This document shows positions 58,170-64,000 of a DNA stretch of 64,000 bases, in pieces. The position numbers and the translations under genes are program-made. Source of the stretch: Nibricoccus sp. (lineage in GTDB: Bacteria > Verrucomicrobiota > Verrucomicrobiia > Opitutales > Opitutaceae); assembly GCA_047602425.1 (NCBI GenBank), contig JASGHG010000001.1, positions 192,001 to 256,000 of the forward strand. Direction: 5' to 3'. A model generated the notes under the pieces. That model did not search any database and was not told the origin of the DNA. It saw only the letters and a list, made by a program, of their open reading frames with translations. Position 1 is the first letter of the stretch. Every line of letters starts with the position of its first letter.

Positions 58170-59012
58170 ATGCTTTCTTTTCTAAAGAGTCAAAAACCGC
58201 GCCCGCATCCGAGCTTTTCCAGACGCTTCAAACAGGTTCCGCGCGATCTCGTCCAAAAAGTAAATGGAAACACCACCGAGCAAGGGTTTCGCTACATTGG
58301 CTCCCAAATCCTCGCCGGCATAGAAAGCGAACTCGCCAACATCGCTAAAACGCGCCGGCTCGAACGCGACATCCTTGCAGACTGCCGGCAGATCATGGAC
58401 TTCGGCTCCGGCCTTGGCCGCGTGATCCTGCAACTCGCCGAGCGCTGGCCCGATAAGGAGATTGTCGGCTTCGACATCGACCCTCTCATGAACAAGTGGG
58501 CCAAACACCTGTTAACCGACAAAAAAGTCCGGCTGGTTTCCAGCACCTTGGATCTTCCCGAAAAAAGCTTCGACCTGATCACCGTCATTTCCGTGTTCAC
58601 GCATCTGGATACAACCACGGACTTCTGGCTTGGCGAAATCCACCGCCTGCTCAAGCCAACCGGCTTTGCTTTCATCACCTATCAGGATGACACGCTGTTC
58701 GAGGAAATGAGGGCCAAAGGCGAACTGCCTGCCATAACCAAGCTCGAAAACAAGTACATCTTCGGTCCCGACAGCGCCGAAGGCGGCGCCGGCATGGGCG
58801 CTTTCTATACCACGGCGTGCTGGCGGCAGACGTTGGAAAAATATTTCAATATCGAGACCATCAAGCCACGCGGCCTTTTCGGCCACCAATCGATTTCGAT
58901 CGTCTCGCCTAAAAATGTGCAGATTGACCGTCGCCCCCTCTTCGAAGCTTACGCCGCCAGCCTGGAGCGAGACCTTTACAAGCTCCGTCGGCGCTTCAAG
59001 GTGTCGTATTAG
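58170..59012 (+). CDS. Class I SAM-dependent methyltransferase
   Basis: MDFGSGLGR, GFDID, FDLITVISVFTHL, LLKPTG. Confidence 0.85.
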   Translation: MLSFLKSQKPRPHPSFSRRFKQVPRDLVQKVNGNTTEQGFRYIGSQILAGIESELANIAKTRRLERDILADCRQIMDFGSGLGRVILQLAERWPDKEIVGFDIDPLMNKWAKHLLTDKKVRLVSSTLDLPEKSFDLITVISVFTHLDTTTDFWLGEIHRLLKPTGFAFITYQDDTLFEEMRAKGELPAITKLENKYIFGPDSAEGGAGMGAFYTTACWRQTLEKYFNIETIKPRGLFGHQSISIVSPKNVQIDRRPLFEAYAASLERDLYKLRRRFKVSY

Positions 59013-59115
59013 TGAGCTTAGTTATCTGCAGGATTGTCAGAAACAGGATACCGTTTCATCCTAAAAATCTGAATTTGCCCGTGCCCTCTGCGGCCGAATT
59101 GTTCAAAAGTTCAAC

Positions 59116-59550
59116 GTGCCTACCGATAGCACATGGTTTTATTGGGCAGTGATGTCCGCGGTTTTCGCGGCTCTCACGGCGATCTTTGCCAAGATTGGCC
59201 TCCAAGGCGTCGACTCCGACCTGGCAACGCTCGTCCGCACCGGGATCATTTTGGTGGTTCTAAGTGGTTTCGTTTGGTATGCAGGCAAATGGAGCAATCC
59301 GTTGCAATTATCTGGTAAGACCTGGCTTTTCCTCGTGCTCTCAGGCCTCGCCACCGGCGCCTCGTGGGTCTGCTATTTTCGAGCCCTCAAAATCGGCGAT
59401 GCCTCCAAAGTTGCACCCGTCGACAAAATGAGTGTCATCCTCGTCGCGATCTTTGCGGTCATTTTCCTCGGCGACCGCCCCAACCTTCGCGAATGGTCCG
59501 GCATCGCACTCGTGGCAGCAGGCATCGTCTTGCTCGCGTTTAAACGCTGA
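59116..59550 (+). CDS. EamA/DMT family small transporter
   Basis: FAALTAIFAKIG, LATLVRT, VAPVDKMSV; about 5 TM; GTG start. Confidence 0.85.
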   Translation: MPTDSTWFYWAVMSAVFAALTAIFAKIGLQGVDSDLATLVRTGIILVVLSGFVWYAGKWSNPLQLSGKTWLFLVLSGLATGASWVCYFRALKIGDASKVAPVDKMSVILVAIFAVIFLGDRPNLREWSGIALVAAGIVLLAFKR

Positions 59551-59634
59551 GTGAAGTTTCCGGCAAGTTCCAACCTTTCGCTTTCCCAACTTGTCAGCAG
59601 GCGGATGGTTCCCTTGACTGGCGTGAAATCTCAC

Positions 59635-61548
59635 ATGACCCCCGATCAATTTTGGACCAGCGAGGATGGTCAGATCCTGACCGTTAAACCCAAGGACGAT
59701 CACTCCGTCGCGCTCACTCTTGCCTTCTGGCCGCGTCACCCGGCGGAATTCGATTTCATGAAGGCGCAACGCACCCATTTGCATTTCACCGAGCGCAGCA
59801 CTCTTGCCCGCATCGGCATCGAAATGACGATCAAGGGCAGCCCCGCGATCGACGGTAACCGCATCGTCCTCGAGGCCGACGCTTCCCTTTACGATCTGAG
59901 TTTTCCCAACGCCGCGTATTGGAAAAAACTGCTGCGCTCCGGCGTACCCGTGGGGCGTCTCTATTTTGCGCCCGAATCCGCCAAGCTCACCACCAACGAA
60001 ATCTGGGACGCGGTTAAAAACAACCGACTCAAGCTCCCCAACACCATCAGCATCGATCGCCTTGGCCGTGTTTTTCTTACACCCCACAGCGTTCGCTACA
60101 CGCTCAATCCCCGCCTCCAGCGTCCCCAGTTCGAACGCATGGTCAGCGGCGACGCCGGTCGCGGCTACCTCGACAAAGTCCAGGTCCGCCACGACACGGA
60201 AATGCTCACCGTGCCGCCCCGTTCCGGCATTCTCACCAGTTGCTCGATGTATTTAAAAGAGCACTACGTGCTGCTCAACCGCGGCGAGGGGAACTTCGGT
60301 CTCCACACCAGCGCCGTGCTGCTCGACCCGATCAAGACCTTTGGCACAAACATCATGTTGGAAATCTACAACACCAGCGACCAGCTCGTGGTGAATCCCG
60401 TGGTGTCGGTCGAAGTTTTTCGCGCGCCCGTCGCCACCGATCCGGAGGCCAAATCGCTCGAAAAACGCCGCGCCCGCTTCCACACCGCGTCGACCGCCAT
60501 CTACAAGTGCCTCGATGAGCATCCGCCAAAGGACACCGGGGCGGCCCGTCCCAAGGCCCGAATCACCGTCAAGGGCCAAAGTTCCACCCAGGAAAATTTC
60601 AGCATTCTCCTCAACACCGGCGACCAGGCCGGCCTCAAGGCCATGGTGGATAAGCTCAAGGGCCCCTGCGGCTACCCAACCATGATCCAGGCGCTCGATG
60701 CCGCACCCGAACACGCCGACACGCTGCTCGTCGATTATTTCCCGAACCTTCTCGAAGAGATCGAGCTGTTCACCCGCCTGCCGAAGTTGAAACTCCGCCG
60801 CATCATCTTCCGCAAACCGTCGCGCACCCACGGATTTTTTCTCTCCAACAACGCCCACGCGCGTCTCGAAACCTTCAACACGCTCGGTATCGACGTCTAC
60901 TGGCACAACGAAGGCATCAAGGACCTTTTCCTCCATACCTACAAAAAGACCCATGGCTTTTTCGTCCGTGACGAGCATGTGAAGAAATTCCAGGAGTCTA
61001 CCATCCTCGCCTTTTACGGTTCCGCCGTCGGGCTCGACGACAAAGACACAAACCAAATCTCAACGCTAATCGAGAAGCTCACCGCTTTCATTGGCCCAGC
61101 CGTCGGCGTGCTCACCGGCGGCGGTGGTGGCGTCATGCGTCTCGCGACCGATCAGGCTCGCAACAAGGGAGCCATGACCGGCGCCTGCTTCCTCGAACTC
61201 GAAGCCCAACCACCCGAACTCGGCGTCGACTTCTTCAATACCTTTCAGGACACCGCGCGCCACAACCGTCAAAAGTGGTTCGAGATCGCCGATTTTTGTA
61301 TCTTTAACGTGGGAGGGGTCGGCACGCTCGAGGAGATCGGTATCGAGATGTGCAACCTCAAACTCGGCATCCGCCCGCGCGTCCCGTACATTTTCTACAA
61401 CGCCCGTTTCTGGACCGATCTTAAAAAACAGGTCCGCGAAATGATCCGCAGCAAACGCGCTCCTGCCTGGATGGCCGACTACATCCTCTTCACCGACGAC
61501 CCCGACGAAGTCGTCGCCTTCTACCGCAAGACGTTGAAGGTGCTCTGA
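59635..61548 (+). CDS. LOG/SLOG-family protein with a long N-terminal extension
   Basis: C-terminal FYGSA, LTGGGGGVM, GGVGTLEE motifs; start uncertain (59551-59635). Confidence 0.75.
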   Translation: MTPDQFWTSEDGQILTVKPKDDHSVALTLAFWPRHPAEFDFMKAQRTHLHFTERSTLARIGIEMTIKGSPAIDGNRIVLEADASLYDLSFPNAAYWKKLLRSGVPVGRLYFAPESAKLTTNEIWDAVKNNRLKLPNTISIDRLGRVFLTPHSVRYTLNPRLQRPQFERMVSGDAGRGYLDKVQVRHDTEMLTVPPRSGILTSCSMYLKEHYVLLNRGEGNFGLHTSAVLLDPIKTFGTNIMLEIYNTSDQLVVNPVVSVEVFRAPVATDPEAKSLEKRRARFHTASTAIYKCLDEHPPKDTGAARPKARITVKGQSSTQENFSILLNTGDQAGLKAMVDKLKGPCGYPTMIQALDAAPEHADTLLVDYFPNLLEEIELFTRLPKLKLRRIIFRKPSRTHGFFLSNNAHARLETFNTLGIDVYWHNEGIKDLFLHTYKKTHGFFVRDEHVKKFQESTILAFYGSAVGLDDKDTNQISTLIEKLTAFIGPAVGVLTGGGGGVMRLATDQARNKGAMTGACFLELEAQPPELGVDFFNTFQDTARHNRQKWFEIADFCIFNVGGVGTLEEIGIEMCNLKLGIRPRVPYIFYNARFWTDLKKQVREMIRSKRAPAWMADYILFTDDPDEVVAFYRKTLKVL

Positions 61549-61561
61549 GTTTGCGCCTCCG

Positions 61562-62260
61562 ATGAAAATTCGCCTCCGGCAGTTACTCCTTTTTGGGACG
61601 TTCCTGCCCATTTGGGCTTGGGCCGACAAATACCAACCGCCCAAACCCATCGTCACGCCCAAAGAACTCGCTGCAGCCGCGGCCGAGGTGCCAGTTAAGC
61701 GTTTGGATCTTACGCTGCCAGAAGTGAAAGACCCGATGGATTCCGATGCTCTGTCCGATTTCTTCTTCAATCGTCCCGAATTGCAGAAATTTCATGGGAT
61801 GATCACTGAAAACTGGCGTGGGAAATGGGATATACTAAGCGGAGCATTGGTAGCTACGGCAAAAAAACAGAAGCTCGAAAGCGCTGGTTTGGCTCGCTGT
61901 TTAGCCAAACTAAATTACGGGCAGAATGCACAGACTCGGTTGCGTGCTTTCTACGTACCGCCAGTTTCTGCGATCGACAAATCTCAGAAAGAAATCGATG
62001 ACGAAAGAATCGCGGGTGAAAAACAGGCGACGATTGAAGAGGAAGAACTAAAAAGAAACCCTCGCTACGATGAAACGCTGGCTTCGGTTCCAATCGCGGC
62101 ATACCTAGCCAAATACCCAAAAGGAGAGTGTTGGATTATTGTTTGTGCTTGGGAGTATGCTCCTACTGCACCCCAAACCCAACAATGTATGGGTCACATC
62201 CGAGTATGGGCCATGGATGCCAAAACCGCCGAAGTGATTGCTTACGAGAGCTGCGGCTAA
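61562..62260 (+). CDS. Hypothetical exported protein
   Basis: Signal-peptide-like N-terminus; AT-richer than neighbours; no family recognised. Confidence 0.6.
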   Translation: MKIRLRQLLLFGTFLPIWAWADKYQPPKPIVTPKELAAAAAEVPVKRLDLTLPEVKDPMDSDALSDFFFNRPELQKFHGMITENWRGKWDILSGALVATAKKQKLESAGLARCLAKLNYGQNAQTRLRAFYVPPVSAIDKSQKEIDDERIAGEKQATIEEEELKRNPRYDETLASVPIAAYLAKYPKGECWIIVCAWEYAPTAPQTQQCMGHIRVWAMDAKTAEVIAYESCG

Positions 62261-62277
62261 GCGGTCTGTACAAGCGC

Positions 62278-62311
62278 TTGACGTTATAACATTCGTAGCT
62301 ACGTTTGTAGC
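62278..62311 (+). promoter_or_regulatory. TA operon promoter/operator
   Basis: TTGACG-N16-TACGTT overlapped by short palindromes GTTATAAC, CGTAGCTACG and GCTAC-N4-GTAGC. Confidence 0.55.
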
Positions 62312-62542
62312 ATGCACCTCGAACTCAAGCTCCGGAAAATCGGCAACTCGGTCGGCGTTGTCCTCCCCAAAGCGGCACTCGCCAAACTTGAATCCGCCGA
62401 AGGTGATACGTTGATTCTGAGCGAGGCGCCGGGAGGAGGTTATCGCGTTACACCCAACAAAAACGCTTTTGCCGAACAGATGGCCGTGGCCGCCGACGTC
62501 GCCCGCCGATACCGCAACACCCTGCGCGAACTGGCCAAATGA
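62312..62542 (+). CDS. AbrB/MazE-type antitoxin
   Basis: LRKIGNSVGVVLPK swapped-hairpin motif; C-terminal RYRNTLRELAK. Confidence 0.88.
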   Translation: MHLELKLRKIGNSVGVVLPKAALAKLESAEGDTLILSEAPGGGYRVTPNKNAFAEQMAVAADVARRYRNTLRELAK

Positions 62543-62934
62543 AAACTCCTGTCTGGGTGCGACGCGATGTCGTGCTCGCCGTCCAAGAAATGCTCCTCGC
62601 CGAGCATGGCGGAGCCGCCGGTATTCGAGACGAGGGCATGTTCGATTCTGCGCTCGGTCGCCCTGAAAATCTTTTCGCGTACGGAAAACCCACCGTGTTT
62701 GAACTGGCCGCCACCTACGCCTTTGGTTTGGCAAAAAACCATCCATTCATCGATGGCAACAAGCGCATCGCTTTCGCCACTGCGATCATGTTTCTTGAAC
62801 TTAACGGCTATCGTTTCACAGCCACGGAAGTTGACGCTGTTTTGAAAACACTCGCGCTCGCCGCCAGCGAACTAAGCGAGTCAGAGTATGCCAATTGGAT
62901 CAAAGCGAATTCCAAACGCGCACGCCGCAAGTAA
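62539..62934 (+). CDS. doc: Doc (death-on-curing) Fic-family toxin
   Basis: HGG..GIRD, SALGRP, NHPFIDGNKR; ATGA overlap with the antitoxin. Confidence 0.9.
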   Translation: MKTPVWVRRDVVLAVQEMLLAEHGGAAGIRDEGMFDSALGRPENLFAYGKPTVFELAATYAFGLAKNHPFIDGNKRIAFATAIMFLELNGYRFTATEVDAVLKTLALAASELSESEYANWIKANSKRARRK

Positions 62935-62997
62935 TCCCGAGAGAGAGCTTCCCTTCCGCCTTTCTGCCCTTCAGCCTTTCAGCCCTTTTCTCCCGCA

Positions 62998-64000
62998 ATG
63001 TCTCTTCCTCGCAATATCCTCATCGTCGGCTCCGGCGGACGCGAACACGCCCTCGTTAAAGCCTGCCTCGCTTCGGCAGCGAAGCCCCGCATCGTCGTCG
63101 CACCGGGCAACGCCGGCATCGCGCAAGATGCCACCTGCGTTCCTGTCGCAGCCGATGACGTCGCAGACCTCGTCGCGCTCGCGCAGCGCGAAAAGGTCGA
63201 CTTCGTCATTGTCGGACCCGAGGTGCCGCTCTCGCTCGGCCTTGTCGACGCGCTGCAGCAGGCCAACATCCCCGCCTACGGTCCGAAAGCCGATGGCGCA
63301 CGGTTAGAGGCTTCGAAAATTTTCACCAAGCAAATCCTCCTCAAATACAAGATCCCGACCGCCGCCGCCGGGTTTTTTAGCGAAGTTCCACCCGCCCTCG
63401 CCTACCTCCGCACGCGTCCGATTCCGATCGTGATCAAAGCCGATGGCCTCGCCGCCGGCAAAGGCGTGATCGTCGCGCAAACCCTCGCCGAGGCCGAAGC
63501 TGGGGTTCGCGCGATGCTCGAAGACAAAAAATTTGGCGCCAGCGGCAATCAAATCCTCATCGAGGACTGCCTCTTTGGCGAAGAAACCTCCATCCTCGTC
63601 GTCACTTCCGGACGCGATTACGTGATCCTGCCCGTTTCGCAGGATCACAAACGTATTGGCGACGGCGATACCGGCCCCAATACCGGCGGCATGGGAACCT
63701 ACTCTCCCGCCGAAATCGTCACTCCGTCGATGCTGGCCCGCATCGACAAGGAGATCGTCCGTCCTTCGGTCAATGCCATCGCCGACGAAGGCATCGATTT
63801 CCGCGGTACGCTTTTCATCGGCATCATGCTCACGCCGACCGGCCCGAGCGTTTTGGAGTATAACACCCGGTTCGGCGATCCAGAAACCCAGGTCGTGCTT
63901 CCGCGCGTCGAAAACGACTTTCTTGAACTCCTCTGGAACGCTGCCCGCGGCAAACTCGCCGGCACCAAGCTCAGGATCAAGCCCGACGCCGCCCTTTGCG
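62998..64000 (+). CDS. purD: Phosphoribosylamine-glycine ligase, 3' truncated by window edge
   Basis: Translated by eye: ILIVGSGGREHAL, APGNAG, VGPEVPL, IKADGLAAGKGV, QDHKR, GPNTGGMG, EYNTRFGDPE; absent from the ORF track because the frame has no stop in the window. Confidence 0.95.
   Translation, partial: MSLPRNILIVGSGGREHALVKACLASAAKPRIVVAPGNAGIAQDATCVPVAADDVADLVALAQREKVDFVIVGPEVPLSLGLVDALQQANIPAYGPKADGARLEASKIFTKQILLKYKIPTAAAGFFSEVPPALAYLRTRPIPIVIKADGLAAGKGVIVAQTLAEAEAGVRAMLEDKKFGASGNQILIEDCLFGEETSILVVTSGRDYVILPVSQDHKRIGDGDTGPNTGGMGTYSPAEIVTPSMLARIDKEIVRPSVNAIADEGIDFRGTLFIGIMLTPTGPSVLEYNTRFGDPETQVVLPRVENDFLELLWNAARGKLAGTKLRIKPDAALC

Overview
GC-rich bacterial chromosome segment; gene content and style suggest Verrucomicrobiota/Opitutaceae, which is an inference. 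In order: (1) an L-Ara4N lipid A modification operon (arnT-arnB-arnC, split arnA, arnD), interrupted by an AAA_33 gene and by a REP-flanked two-gene insert that includes a 597-aa orphan with a RelE-like C-terminus; (2) small housekeeping and accessory genes, fur, lptF/G and tRNA-Arg(ACG); (3) a ~31.5-kb nitrate block: LysR regulator, NasS-like sensor, NrtABCD plus NrtS, porin, NarK, PP2C-kinase, NirA, CysJ-like flavoprotein, a FeS-DmsC fusion and NasA, then a nap operon with a 4-haem NapB and no napC/napH, a divergent tetrahaem cytochrome-NrfC-NrfD-Rrf2 operon, and Moco biosynthesis genes; (4) serpin, a SatD/DUF3307 pair, recJ-secDF-yajC, speA, an extended LOG protein, a Doc toxin-antitoxin pair and the start of purD. 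The strongest non-coding signals are an ATGA-N7-TCAT box placed 49-50 bp before a sigma54-type -24/-12 element at three promoters, a 28-bp palindrome between the divergent nap and cytochrome-nrfCD operons, and twin ACAAC-N8-GTTGT palindromes in the SatD/DUF3307 locus. All calls come from motif recognition by eye; no database searches were run.
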